Part shown: positions 40,910-62,356 of the stretch, one piece after another | Numbering within the stretch: position 1 is the stretch's first letter | Layout: each line of letters opens with the position of its first letter | NCBI GenBank assembly: GCA_000165425.1 | Contig: CT868152.1 | Coordinates: 186,001-250,000 of the forward strand | Origin: Paramecium tetraurelia | Taxonomy: Eukaryota | Length of the DNA: 64,000 nucleotides | Reading direction: 5' to 3' | Program-made: the position numbers and the translations under genes | Notes under the pieces: generated by a model | Seen by the model: only the letters and a program-made list of their open reading frames with translations | Told to the model about the DNA's origin: nothing | Databases searched by the model: none

Positions 40910-43900
40910 TCATTTTTTGTTAATAGTTAAAATACTAGCCCGAACCTATTTCATATGACGTAGCTAGCTGATTTCGTTGGCTATAAAACTCTTTTTGGGT
41001 CCCTTATTTCCAGGCACTTCAAGCTTTATAGGATCTTTGATGGATTATCTCGGAATAATCGGTTTTAAGACTGATTATCTTTATGCTTCTTTCGGAGGTG
41101 GTTTAGGTCCTTCATCTGCTCTTCTTGCTGTTAATGGTGTACTCTTCATCATCTATCTTTTCTTTAAGGCTTCTTATCTCTTTGCTCTTTCTTCCCTTTA
41201 CAACTTCTCTAATTTTTATCTTAAAATTTGTCTGAATATTTTCAATATCTTATCTCCAAATTTATCTGAAGGATCTTTGGGATTTTCACCATAAAATTAT
41301 GCGCACATTTTATACTCCTCTTCTAAAAGATTTATCTTCTTGTCAAGTTCTTCAATGTCTTTTGTGATAGATTCATATCCATCCTTAAACTTCTATTATA
41401 CTAAATCTTGAGGATCATCTGTTTATGATTCCATCGCTTTTTTTATAAAGCTACAACCTTTTTTGATGTCTCCCAAATCAACTACTAATTAATGGACTGG
41501 CACTCTCTAAAGAACCTCAAATGTTTTCATTTCTATATATTAATTTCAATATTACTTTCTTCAGAAATAATTTCACATCCTATTATTTACTCAGTTTTCT
41601 CTATTATGTACAATAATAAATTATTATTTTGATTGTCTGATGTTTTAATTTCTGCACATATGTCAAGAGCTTCTATTTTAAAGCCCAAAGCTCTGCCTCT
41701 AGGAGTTTTGGCTGAAATATTAAATATAATCTTATACCATTTAAAAAGTTTCCAATATTCAAAGTTATTAATAACATTTTCTATAATCCTTTTAAATTTC
41801 TTATCTCTTAAAATCTTGATGTTAAAATGCCCAATTTATCAATTAAGTCTTATTTGTAATCATCATAGACTGATCTAAATTTTAGTGATCTGATTCTAAA
41901 TTAAAACCCATTAACTTATCTAATAGTATCAATAAAGGTTTCAACAACTCCAAGCAAATCTCTCTGGCCCTAGAATTCACTAACCTTACATAAATTATAA
42001 AAATAATACAATTTTAATTTCCTCATCAGTTGGGATTATTGTGTCTAAAGAATCTATTGCAGAATCAGTAAGTATGTTTAAGTCAATCGATAACAATGAT
42101 TTCATAATCAAAGCATTTGGTATCTTTATTTTTCCCAATACTAACTCAATATTTTTGGATCTGTCAGTTGCTATTAGTTGTATCTTGGTCTATACTACTT
42201 TCTTAACAATCTAATTTTCATTAGTTTGCTATTAAGTGGATGGTGCTGATTAAATTTTATAAAAGTAGGTTTCTAAATATTTTGGATCTATTTCATAGGA
42301 TTCCTAATAAATCTACTCATAAATTGTATTTTTCATATTTTATGGTTATATCAAAATCCAATTTATAGGTTTAGTAGGAACAGATGGAATAAGTTCAGTT
42401 TTATTGAAGGGAAATAGAATATCTTATGGTTTAGGTGCTTATTAGGCTCCTTTCATAGGAGGAGGAGGTGGTGGAGGAGGGCCACCTGGTTTTAGACTAG
42501 GAGGTGGTGGTGGAGGAGGAGGTGGAGCTACCTTTACTGTTGGTGGTTCAGGAGGTGGGTTAGCCTTTTAATCCTTCTGTACTTAAGCTGCTACTTAAGT
42601 TTAAGGGTTAGGTGGAAATTCAAAAGTAGTTTAGGCTTCTTTTGTTTGATATATTTTCTCATTTGTTTATGTTTCAGAGTCAACCATTAGTTTTTTCACA
42701 GTAATAGTCTCTTTTACATTCTCTTATTATTTTAATTGGTCTGTATCAGATTTGACTACTTCTTAATTTAAATTTTAATCTATTATGTTGTTCTCAATTT
42801 AAAGAGTTTGATTTTATTCTTATTGTTCAGTTTTTTGAACCTACTAATTTTCACTTGATTTTTCTAATGTTGAATCATCCTTCGATTTATCCTCTGCTTC
42901 AATTGGTTATTCTATTAATTTTTAGGAATCGTTGTTATCTTTAATATCCTTAATAACTTGTGATTCACCTTCAGATTTTTAGACTTCATTTAATTTCTCG
43001 TCATTTTTATCTGATATCGATGAAATAGGCATTGATGCGTATTAATCAATATATCGCTAGAGTAAATCAATCTATTATTTCTGGGTTTACACTTTTGTAC
43101 TTTCGATTTAAATTTAATTGATTAACTAATTTTCAATTAAAGTTTAATTCTGTGTTTACTCTTTCAGTTTAGTTAATTCTTCTGACAATTAAGTGATTTG
43201 AATGAGATGCTATTATTTCAGAAATTCTATTTATTCTTAAACTAATGTTTAAATTTAATCTTAGTTTTCACTTGTAGAATGATATAGCAATTTTTCATTT
43301 TATTCTTCGAGCTTTTTGACTTTTTACTGTTCATCAATTAATTAGAGAGATAATTCCCGACATTATTTTTCAGTTTCCTCATATTTAGAGAATAGAATTT
43401 AATGTTTTTCCTCTAGTGAATTGTACTCCTATTGTAAATTAGCATTAGCATATTTGATCATATTTCCTTGGTTTCTAAACTAATCATTATTCCTTATTTT
43501 TGAAAAACTGACTAATCTATTATCGTAATCATCTTCCTCTTCTTCATCTACTTCAGCCAAAGTTTACATTTCATTGAAGACATTATTTGGATTTGAAACA
43601 ATTTCCGTTTGATCGACATCATCATTTTCAATTTATATTAAAATGGAATCTATGTTTAAGATACCATCCATAAGTTCAAAAATTTGAACTTTGAGAATGC
43701 TAAAAAGCTTAATATCGTGTTATTCAAAGTAAAAACAATTTTCGAATTTAATTCTTCCTGTTTCTTCAAGATCAAACTCAATGTTCGGTTTAATAGCATC
43801 CTTTGGAGGTTTATCTGTAATTGTTTTAAATCTCTACATGGAGAAAAAGTCATTCTCTTGAGATTATTTTTCAACAAGAGGATGTTAGAATTAAGCTAGT

Positions 43901-44994
43901 TTTTATCTCACACCTTAATATGTGCATTCTTCAATTTAATAGTAATCTTTGACAATTCTAATTTTCACTTATTGAAACACTTCGTCAATCCTTTTACCAT
44001 TTATTACTGTTTCTAATAATTCCTTATGCAAAATATCAGATTCTGGTTTTTCAACTGAAAACAGAAAGTTAAACAAAAACTAAAGAAGATGATAGATAGT
44101 GATTAAATTCTTTGTATAGTAAATGCTTCGAATTATTACATCAAATCTATAGTTGTTATAAATATCTATGTTACTTAGTTTATAATCTGTGATTATTTTA
44201 AAATTCAGTCATGGCATCAAGGATGTTATCCAAGCATTCTGGTTGCCAACATAAACCAGACTTGCCGCCTAAAACCTAAAGCATCAACCCTGTGATTTCT
44301 GGTTCAACTGGGTGAAAAGTACTAAACATAATTTGGAAAAAATTAGAAGTGTCACATAATAATTATACCCCTATTCAATCATTTACTCATTATGTTTACC
44401 TGATTCGTGATGCAATAGCTTTTCAAAAATTTTGATAATGACAATTTAGTCCCTAAAATTTTTGGAATGTCTTGATAACAATTCTTGAGTTTTCAATTCT
44501 ACAACTAATTTGGCAATGAGATCTGCTTTAACTAATAAAGTGATTTTGTGTTCTAGTAGCTCATCATTTGTTAAATTTCTTGATAAAGCTTATAATGTGG
44601 AATATTAGATGTACCTTCTAATGAAACAACGTCTTGTTGAGATAATACTTTTTAAATTAGTTTATCTGTTTCCTGCATTACTTTCTATTTATATTATTCC
44701 CCTTTAGTTATCTCTTAAATGATTTAGTCATGTTTGTAACATAATCTAAATTTGTATTTCAGAGGAATTCCTTTCAATTTTTCTTTTTCCCTTCTTCCAA
44801 TCACAATCTGATATCATTATAAAATAGTTTACTTTGCTTAGCCATTTTTGAAACATAATTTCAACATCTTTTTCTCTTGAAGGCACTTTAGGAAAATTTT
44901 ACTTTCCCTTTAACTCTTTAAACGGAAGTAGGATCTCCTATCCTTGAATGGTCTAATAAGACAACGTTTGACTAATCTCTATAGAATTTCCCAT
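40910..44994 (-). CDS. Formin (N-terminal GBD/FH3-like region, coiled coil, FH1, FH2)
   Basis: Poly-Pro FH1 tracts at ~42458-42565; PTKPINW, GNFLN..TPRGRALGFKI FH2 motifs; MGNS start. Confidence 0.9.
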
Positions 44995-45213
44995 AATATT
45001 TTCAGTCTATTCAATTTCGAGATTGATAAATAAATTAATGTATATACATTTAATTGAGAATAAAAATTTACTTAATTCTGATAATATATAATTGATAGTG
45101 TCTGATTATCACAATTCAAGTTAATTTATATATTCATTTTGTTATTTTAATAAATCTGATAACTTAATTTTCAATATAAGGTTATTTAATCAAATTTAAA
45201 ATTCTACAAATTA

Positions 45214-52067
<6,854 letters not shown>

Positions 52068-53300
52068 TAATATATTATTCGATTATTTAATATTCACTCA
52101 GATAATCTTAACATCCTTAATTGATAAAAAAATGTTAAATAAAGTCACAAAACGAATTTGAACTTATGACAAGAATAATTGAATCAATTGTTGAACCAAT
52201 AAGATTGTTTATCAATATCTAATTTTTTATGATTCATATCAGAGCAATCATGATTTTATGATAAATTAAAATTATGATTATTTAAGTAGGTATATTTTGA
52301 AACAAGGGTTTTGATGAAAATACGTTGAGAATGAATGCACATAGGATTTGATTTCAAGGATTTAGAAAGGTTTCTAAATCTATTTTAAATAATTTTGTTT
52401 TTAATAATTAAAAGCCCACAGATTTTAAAAAATAAGTGGTTTGTGTTAGAGCGCCAAGAGTATAGGAAATGGGTTGACGTATTGAAGTAACTCTTTCGCA
52501 TGAACACAATAACATTGACAATTAAATTATATATTTCATAAAATCATATTATTATATTTCTTATGGGTTAATTTCTAATTCGCTAGATTGATCAAAATTC
52601 AATAAAATATTTAATTATCAGATCAATTCTTAAGTTGACCATATGTATCCATCAATTTAACAAAAAGGTATATATATTAGAATAGGTTAGGGTATCGCTA
52701 TTATCAGCAGGATTTTATTTGAAATATTGTGATAATAAAATAAATAGTTTTAGAACTTACCTTAATATATAATGACAAAGGAAGAAATAGGAATTAAATT
52801 CAGAGGTTTATAAATTTTTGTTCTATATTTTTATAAATAAAATTAATGAATACCTAAAAACTATGATATACTTATTTAGTATCAATATAATTATTTTGTT
52901 TTATATCAATACTCATTTATATAAATGTTAAAAGATCAAGGTTTCTAGATAATCTTATCTTTCTGATTTATAGAGTTCCATATTTCTAATAATATTAAAT
53001 GATATTGTTAGGTTATTTATAAAACTAGAATAGTACAGATCTTCCAAAATGATCAATTGAATATTCAAGTATTTTTGTTCAGATTAAAAAGACCGATACC
53101 TTAAATTTAACAGTAACATTATATTCTTCTAATATCTATTATTGTATTGTATTTCAATATATAATAATCTTATAAAAATGTAAGTGAATATATATATTGA
53201 AATAACTGATTTAGTGCATAAAATAACAAGATTAAACCATAATTCTAAGATATATTAAAATTATTTTACTAAAAATAATAAAATTTAAAATTAATTTTAA

Positions 53301-55441
53301 TCAATACAGGATTCCTTAAAAATAGTATTAATATTTGTCATACCAATTGGCTCTCCAATTTCCCCTACTCAAATCTATCAATCTATTATAATTAATATAA
53401 ATAGATACTTTTGACATTGCACATAGAGTTATGTGTCAGACAGATCATTTTATAAGAATCTCCTTTCTAAATCAGCTTATGTTTTCTCTTTGAAACAATT
53501 CAAATTTGAATTCTCCATCATTTTCACTAACAAGAGAATTTTATCTTTGTGTCTTCTAATTGCTTTAAAACCTTCAAAGAACATTTTTCTAAATCTCTTA
53601 AACAAATTTGAATCGTATCCTCCCAAAATCTCTACATATTCCTCAGTCAATTTAAATGGGACTTCTTTCTCTAAGTTACCTTTTGGTGCACTCGATAAGA
53701 AAAATCCAAAGTCTATATGAACAATGTTACCATCCCGATGTAATAATATATTTCCATTATGTCTGTCCTTAATTTATAAGAAATAACACACGAGACTATA
53801 AGCAACCAAACTATTTAAGAAATTGGATATCATTGCCTGAGATGAATTCATTCTAAAATATTGACTCAAACACTTGATTTTTAAGATATCATTCAACTTC
53901 TTTTTAAAAGAATCAATGGATAGGGCATCTCTTACTACCTCTATTAAACCATAGCCTGGTCCTAAAGATATAACTTCATAAGTTGTTAATTGCAATTTTA
54001 ACTACTCAATTTTGAAGATCTGATCAAATGTTGATATTAATTGCATAGCAAATTGTTCTTATCTCAAATCATCTCCAGACTTAACAATAAGATGTACTAA
54101 TTTCCAAGTTTTGAAATTTCTAAAAGGAGAGCTGTTCCTTATCTTTTCTGAAGTGTCAGTACCATAAATTGCATCAGTCAATTCCTTCTTAGACATTTTC
54201 TTTAATTATTGTCCTGAAACATTCTATATTGATACTAAATTATTTAAATCCTCATAATATGAATGTGTGACATCGTTATCCCTTAATATATTACTGAATT
54301 GACTCAAATCTTCCTTACCTTCTTCAGCATCCTCTTCAGCTTCTACAATTTTGCATAGGTATGTAGGTCTATTTCTTGTACAATCCTATGTTTCATTATT
54401 TTCACTGCTATTTTTATTATCCATTTTCCCAACAGTTTTTGGAACAGACAAGCGACTGTTTCTGAGTGGATTAGGAATTAGTTCTGCTTCTTCTTCTGGC
54501 CTGTAGATTTCAAAGCACAAATAAAATGGGGATCTGCATTTTGTTGAAAATACTCTGCATTCATCAACGACTATATTGAGTACAACGTAATTTCTAACTC
54601 CCTAAAACGGTATATAAACTGCAGCTGGTAAACCTCTGTTGATTTTTTGAATATCGGCCTTTAGGGATATTATTTTTGGATCTGCCAGATGCAAACTATG
54701 AATCTTAATAAGGTTAATACTTTTATGAAATGTATATGATGTCATCCCAAAAATCAATAGTCGAACAAAATCCTGAAGGTTGAGCTTATCTGAAAATTGA
54801 TTCATAATTTGCTAGATGTAGTGTATCATTAAAGACATGATTAGAGTAAAATAAGGTACCGTATTCTTGAATTCGGTCAGGTAACTTATTAACCTATTAA
54901 ACGATAGGAACCCCTTTAGAAACTTGTTACTCAATGCCATCATTAAATTGATGGTTCTCAAGACAAGCAGCGATTAACATAGTCTTTTTATAGACTCTAT
55001 CTAGTGTTGATAAAAAGAGTCTTAAATAATTTTCGATTTCTGGATTGTTATCATTTACAATGGATCTCCAGGCAAAAAAGAATGTGTGAGCAAAGAAAAA
55101 GTCTACTTCAGCAGCCTTCAGGATAAAATTAAGCACATATTCCAGCTATTTATATAATATTTGGTTGATTAGTTGTGGAACAAAGTACTCTAAATCATCT
55201 CTAAATTAAAGTAAGACTAAGTTGGGATTGAGTCTACAACGAGAGAGTGCTATTTGAGCATTCTAGCCTCTGTATATCATTTCCATAATGATTGATGCAG
55301 ATACAATCTCATCATCCACTTCGATGTGAGAGAACTTCATCCTAAAATCAAATCCATATTATACATATTTTTTTATTTGGAACTACCCAAACAGCCGCAT
55401 CCACTTTGAGAAGATGTAGGTTGATCTTTAAACTTAGACAT
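53301..55441 (-). CDS. PI4KB: Phosphatidylinositol 4-kinase type III beta (Pik1-like)
   Basis: INRGLPAAVYIPF, VKSGDDLRQEQFAMQLI, QIKDRHNGNILL, HIDFGFFLS, PFKLTEEY, YDKYQYYFQGILY*. Confidence 0.95.
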
Positions 55442-55460
55442 AATTTATTTTAATTATTAG

Positions 55461-56830
55461 ATGAATAATTCATCAAATTCTAATTCTAGATAATCTGCTC
55501 AAAACATCATCAACAAATACGAACAAAATAATAATGAGGATAGATTCACATTTTAAGTTAGACCCAATTCACCCAGAGAGACTTTTGGAAAACAAACATA
55601 AGCCAGGAATAGCCAAGTTCAAATCCTAAGAGAAATTGATTAGGCCAATCTTTCTAAGATGCTTAGTGATTTCTCCATTGTTTCAGAATAAGAAGAATCC
55701 ATCTGCCAAAATCAATTCAATAATCCAATTGGAATAGGTACTTGTCTATCTCCATCCTTAGTTTAACCTACTCAAGTGATCCAATAAAAACAATAAGAGC
55801 AAGTCTAAGAAAATCAGAGTTATCGTGGAACCTTTGGCAAGAATCCCTTCTTTCAACCTAAATCAGAAGTTACCGAAATCATCGAAAAAAGTTATTTAGA
55901 AGAAGAACTATACGATGACATGTCCGTTTTAAAAGACAAAGTCATGGGATTGCTATAGGCCTATGCAGACGATCTAAGAAAATCAAATAATGATCCTAAC
56001 ATCAAATCTAAAATCCATGTTGATGCTAAACAAGTCTTAAAAGAGTATTCCCAAATCATCGAGAAAGTTAATCAATCTGAAATTTCCTAATTAAATGTTT
56101 CCCAAAATCCCGGAAAAAAAGTATGATTATCTCCTTTACAATAATTAAGGAACAAGAATTAAACTTGATGTCCAATTTGGTGACTGAATTCTTGAACAAA
56201 TTTGATATGCAAAAACAACCAGTCCTCAATGTCTCATAAGTTTTAGAATAAAAATTAGCCAAATCAAGAGTCAGATCTTCCAATCAGCAATTAGACCTCA
56301 CTGTTATGCATTAAATTCCCTGTGATGAAACATTCTATCAACATGATTAATATAATGATGATAAGTTGGAGGGAAAAATTCAAAAACTTAAACAAATGCT
56401 CTAAGATGAACTTGATAAGTAATAATTAGTTTATTCCAAAAAAATATTATCTGATATGATTTCAAATTTGAATTAAATCTTAATTGCAAATGATACTCAA
56501 ACTGTTAAAACTATAGTCTATAAAATCGAGAATATGATAAAGTAATTGCCATAAGAGGATTGTGGATCAATCTAACTTTATGATTACATGTCAAAAGCAA
56601 TGAAGGCTACCAAAAGAAGAATGAAATAAATGGATCCATAAAATCAACAATAAGAAAAAACACTCAAAAGAAAGTTTTTCGATCTTGCCACTTAATTAAA
56701 GAATAAATTACCCTAAGACCATCCTGGTAGGAATGAAATGATTTCAGTTCTTTATGATCTATATTGTTAGGCCAACAAACCAGTAGAAATGGAGGACTTT
56801 ATTATAAATCAATTGAATTTAGTATAATGA
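55461..56830 (+). CDS. Hypothetical protein
   Basis: MNNSSNSNSRQSAQ... long open frame with a short intron near 55738; ends ...NQLNLVQ*. Confidence 0.75.
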
Positions 56831-56843
56831 TATTATTATTTAT

Positions 56844-57605
56844 ATGAACCAGGAATTTTAATCTCATCAAGGCAAATAGTAAATTAAAATCTAATCTTTA
56901 CTAAAAGGAAAAGCAATTAAAGCAAAAAAACTGAACAATAGCTTTCTCCTTCAGAATTTGAGAACGATAGCGTTACTCAATAATGGAATGCTTGTATACT
57001 ATTCAAAATGCTTCAAATCCATATAATTAGAAGGTGATCTTATTAAGTAAAAACCTAAATATGGAGTCTATTTCAATAATGTGTTTTATTCTTGTGTCTA
57101 AATATCTGAAAAAGAAGTTGAATTAATTGTAAAGTTTAAGAAATCCTAATTATTCAACTTTGATGATAATTTATTTAGTTATTTGATGGATCCCAAGTCC
57201 TAAGACATTGTACTTTGGATCTTTACTATCCCAATAGATGTTTATATCAATAAATAACATTCCGATCTTTTTAAAGGATGTGACAGTTTAAATTCTTTAA
57301 ATAATCTCCAAGTTTCTCAAATAGAAGTAAAATCACAAAAATGTAACAATTAAATGGCTTAAAAGGAAAAAATATCAATTGAATATGTAAATAATACAAC
57401 AAAAACCAAGAGTAAAAAAAGGGTTCAATGGCTTGATATTTGGACTCAAAAATAAATTCCAGAATCAAACATTTAATATTTAAATTCAGAATAGACAACT
57501 TACAATAGTAAATCAATTTAATAAGATGATTAATTAGAAACCTATGAAGAAAAAACAGATCTCAAGATCAAAAACATTGAAATTAGAAGGCTGTCTCTCA
57601 CATGA
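56844..57605 (+). CDS. Hypothetical protein (N-terminus vaguely PH-like)
   Basis: MNQEFQSHQG...LLKGKAIK...RTIALLNNGMLVYYS...KPKYGV; open to TGA 57603. Confidence 0.65.
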
Positions 57606-59139
57606 AATAGATGTAATAATCTGGAGTGAATACTTATTTGTATTTAAACTGATTATAGAATTTAATTTTATTTAATATTTCAAATCAAAGAATTAATTAT
57701 GTTGATAACAATAGTGATTTTATGTAATTTCATTCAAAAAACAATTCTTTAAATGAGAATATGATTAGATTGAATATGATATTTTCACTAAAATAAACTT
57801 ATGACTGTAATACTTTTTTGATAAGATAAGAAATAAATGAATTTAATATTTTAAATTAAATAAATGATTTAAAAATGAATAAGCAATAATAAAAGTAAGA
57901 ATTTAATTAAAATTTATTAATTATTATATATATAAATGAGAACTAGCTTTTAATACATTAACTAGAAATAATTCCATTATTTGTAAACTACATAAGCCTA
58001 TCATGAACTCATATAAAATTTTTTCATATATGAAATGTATTTTTTATTGAGATTTATAGAATTCATTAGTAATGAATTATAAAATTATTAAAAAAGAAAT
58101 TTTTTGCTTGAACCATAGCAAATTTAAATAATACAATGATTGCTAATTAAGTCAATCCTTAGAATTTCTATTTAAAAAAAAAATGTGATTTGACTATTTA
58201 CAATATAAATAGATCAATTATCCTGAAATTAGTTTACAATAAATGATGTTATCGATAACAAAGAATCAGTTATAAGAAGTGAACCCTTATATATCGATTG
58301 CTTAAAATGATAATCCTGAAATTATTTAAAATAATTAGGAATTGTTTTTTCAGAGTATTGTACAGTCTCAGATAAAATTAAATAAATTAATATAGGTTTA
58401 GTTTAAATCCGTTAAAATGAATCCACTCTAATAATTCTAACTCCTATTGACCAACAAAGCTTCTAATACTAAAATGTTTTTGACTAGATAACAAATTATC
58501 GATAAAGTTAAAAAAGAAAAAGAACTTTAACAAATTTAAAATAACAGAATTCAAAACAAAAAAATTTCTAAACCATAATCCGTAATGAAAGTGTCTATAG
58601 CTAAATCATCTACTTAAAAATTGACTCAGCAAAAAAAAACATTTAGTTGCTCCAAGTTTTAAATTAATGAATTAGTTCCTGATTATGAACTAATTTGCAA
58701 AAACACAAATAAAACATAATAAAATTCATAATCAACTTTAAATACAGACTATTTTAACTTCGTAAACACAAAATCTAAAGCCATAAAAGACATTTAAGAC
58801 AGAAAAGATGAATTTTAGTAAAGTGAAATTAATTCCTCTCAAGTTTTATAAGGATTAGGATAGTATTAATAAATGAAGAATGAATTGTTAAAATCCTTTT
58901 TAGATATAGAACAAATGTTATTAAGAAAATCACATTGACTAATAATAATTAATATTGTTTAATATTATACTTGATTAACATTCTTGTTAGTTTATGTTCA
59001 ATATTTTATATTTTATCGTTTTCTATTATTGTCAATTGATTTAAATATGATAGAAACATATCATATTGTCATATATATATATAATTATAATGTTAATATA
59101 TGTAGTAATTACTAGTAACTATGAAATATTATTCTAAAA

Positions 59140-60432
59140 TCACAAAAATAGATCTAAACTAAAATTAATTGTTGAAACATGATTATAATGAGAGTGCTAA
59201 TACTTTTTGATTAGAGATGGAAATGGTTGATTAACTTCATCAAGAAACCAAGTTTAAATTAACTCTTTTGCTAATTTATTGGTTTGATTAGAATCTACCT
59301 AAGAGCTAAATTTTATTGTATTACCTTTAACATTGAGGTATCAATCTTTTTGTTAGAGATTTTTCCAACAATGTTTAGAATAGTGGCCACTATTTAAATG
59401 GGATCTCCATTAGCAAATCCATAACTAAATGATGCCAACTATATCAGATATCAACTAATTAAATTTATATAATCAACCTGATTTAATCATCTACTTCAAC
59501 TACATGTTCAAATATTCGAAGTGGTGAAATGAAAGATAAATTAAAGTTGATATTTTATAGTATTTGCCCTTCTGCCTTCAATATATCTTCTTTGCTATAA
59601 ATTTCATCGCACAACTTTGATAATTGACCACTTTTTGGTACACCATAAACTTCTTGATATTTTGATGCAATGAATAAACAAGCAATTCCAAATAATTAAA
59701 ATCTATTCTTTTATACTAAATTAGTTTCAATAAATCTTATTTATTCTTAATACTTACTTGTCGAGTAACCATATAGTCAGCAAGAGAGTTTCCAATTGCA
59801 ACTTTAATTTATGATGAACTTCAAAGAGCCAATTTATTAGTACATTTCTCATTTTGAGATTAATCTAACTTTATGAATAAAAAGCATTATATGAGATAGC
59901 ATTTTACTATTGTTACTTTTAATTAAGTTCTTCAAGATAGTTATAAATATCTTGTTTGTAGATTGTAACTAATTGTGGATTCCCATTGTTTTCTGTTGAT
60001 TAAAATTTATCTAATCCTCTTGTAACTAAATCTAGAAATACATAAATGTTGCTTACATTTGTTGGTATTAGGTAATGAAATTGAAGCATTATTATTGTGA
60101 TTATTATTCTAAGCTTAATTAATGATTGAAATTTGGATGTTAGTTAGACTTCTATTTTTTAAAGTTCTTTACATATGCTAATATTAATCAGTTTTTTATC
60201 TGGGCATTTCATAACTAATATGTCTATGATCCTCTCTCTTCATATTATCTCTGATATTTTATGACTTATTCCATTTAGAGACTCTTATAATTCTTGGTTT
60301 TATATTTTATTGAGAAAACTCATCTTTTATGAACAAAGTAGATTGAACTCTGTTTTATCTATTTTAAGCAGGTTAAAAGTTTCTATTTTCTTTATTCGCT
60401 TCAAGCATTTTCAAAATATTCACGGATTTCAT
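59140..60432 (-). CDS. A/B-type cyclin
   Basis: KMRNVLINWLFEVHHKLKLQLETLLLTIWLLDK, FQLFGIACLFIASKYQEVY, YSKEDILKAEGQIL. Confidence 0.93.
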
Positions 60433-61244
60433 CGTTGATATTTTAACGACTATATAAATTATAATTAATAAAAATTGGCGAAATATAAAATTTGTAAGCT
60501 TAATGTATTTAAATATTACAAAAGCAAAGAGAATACTATTATTTGACTTATATTGTGGATAAGTAAACAACAATACACTAGAATAATTATAATAATATTA
60601 ATGCACTCACTAAAAACTGGAAGTAAATTGCATGAATGATTTTAGCTGTTATTATAAAGTAAAATGTAATTATAATATCATATTTAATACTGGTTTTGTA
60701 ATTTAGAGTATAAAGAGAATTAAAATATTTAAATTTGGTTCTATTTAATGAATCCCATAATAAATTGAATGTTGCAAAGGAAGGCTTAATTGGAATATTG
60801 TTAATAGTATATCAAGGTCATGCTAGTGAGTTACTTCATTAAAAATCATTTCCTAAAGTTTTGAAAAAGACAGTAGAAAACAGAAACTAGAAAAAAACAA
60901 ACCCCAACTCACGGCGCTCTACCTCAAATCCTTTTTCTATTACAAATTTAATCAATTTTTCTAGAAAGTGAACTAAAAGTTGATCTGAAAAGTCCATAAT
61001 TATTGGAGTTAATAAATGGGTTCACAGCATCATAGTTAGTGAATATAAGAGAATTTGGTCAATCTAAATTTATATCTTCTTATTGTAGAGAGTTTTATAT
61101 TAATATATGTATAATTTATAATATTTGTATTAGAATTAATTAATTTAAATTTTAGGAAATCAGAATATTCATTTTAAATGTAAGTTTATTTTAAACCTGT
61201 TACAGAACAGTTTGCAAACATAAATAAAACAATATATGATATAA

Positions 61245-62241
61245 TCAAGTCGAGTTTGTTCTTTCTCTATTATTAGATATTATCTTTTCAATAAATTCTT
61301 GGCCAAATTAATCAAAGAGAGGGAGACCTGTAGCTTCTTATGAGAATGTCATCTCAGGCCAACTATTGATTTCCAAAACAACAATTCCGTTCTTTCTAGA
61401 ATCCAAAATATCGACTCCTCCAATTGTTAAATGGGGATCAATAGCTGCACATGCCCTTTCAGCAAATTTAAAATACTCTTATTTTTTATCTGAATCCATC
61501 TTTGATTCGATTCTAAAGTCATCGCTGTATCCATTGGACTTGAAATCCTAGATTTAGATGATTATAATTACCACATTGTCTTAGAATTCAGTGACAGAAA
61601 CTGCTTTACCTCCGATAACTAGAACTCTAATTGATCTTCCGACAGTATCATCAACGAAGTCTTAAATGATGGCTTATTCACCATTCCACATGGACTTGCA
61701 GAACAGTTCTGTGCTTTGGTTATGGTTTACTGAGAGTTTAACACCAGTGCCTTCATATCCTTCGACTTCTTTGATGATGGCTTTATCATTGAATCTTCTT
61801 AGGTTTTATTTGAAAGTATTGAGTGAGAAGGAGGCTCCACATCTGGGAATGGGGACTTGGTTTTCGCTAAATTTGAGATATTGAAGCAATTTATTTTAGA
61901 GAATGCTCTCAGTGGAGGGGTGATGAAGGGTGATTTTTCCAGCAGAATGGACAGCGAAATTGAAATACATGTAATCCTAATAGTGCTTTGGAGCCATATA
62001 TCCGTAAGCTAAAAATGCATCAAAGTGGATTGGTTCTCCCTTTCTGTAGAATGTTATTTCCTATATTGATTTATGATCAATGAATTACGTTTCCAACGAT
62101 AACACTCAATTCCTCAAGTTCTGTGACAATTACATTTACTTTTAATCTTTAAAAGGTTTCAATTATTAATTGATCCATCATGCCATAAAAAATGGGGTCT
62201 GGATTGATCATAAAGAGAATAGTCAATTGTTCGTCCGACAT
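61245..62241 (-). CDS. RimK/LysX-family ATP-grasp amino-acid ligase
   Basis: NKLLQYLKFSENQVPIPR, IIKEVEGYEGTGV, IIQDFVDDTVGRSIRVLVIGGKAV, DFKSN, GGVDIL..VVLEINSWP; 2 introns. Confidence 0.88.
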
Positions 62242-62356
62242 AGTAACTAAGGGTATGCAATTTAATTGGATATTATTTTTTTTCTTATTTCTTATCTAAA
62301 TTCAGATTTTATGAATAAATAATTCATGAATCACTTATAAGAATTTATTATAACAA

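Noticed and set aside
42458..42565. GC-rich GGA/GGT triplet repeat
   Set aside because: Explained as the formin FH1 poly-proline tract on the minus strand.
60751..61060. Possible telomerase RNA or other ncRNA: AATCCCATAA (USE-like) upstream of AAACCCCAAC (template-like), plus a weak U3 box A resemblance
   Set aside because: No TGTCA template-boundary element before the C4A2 tract, no convincing stems, and no U3 box B/C. The region also reads as a ~75-codon open frame, so a gene relic is more likely. An Infernal/Rfam search would settle it.
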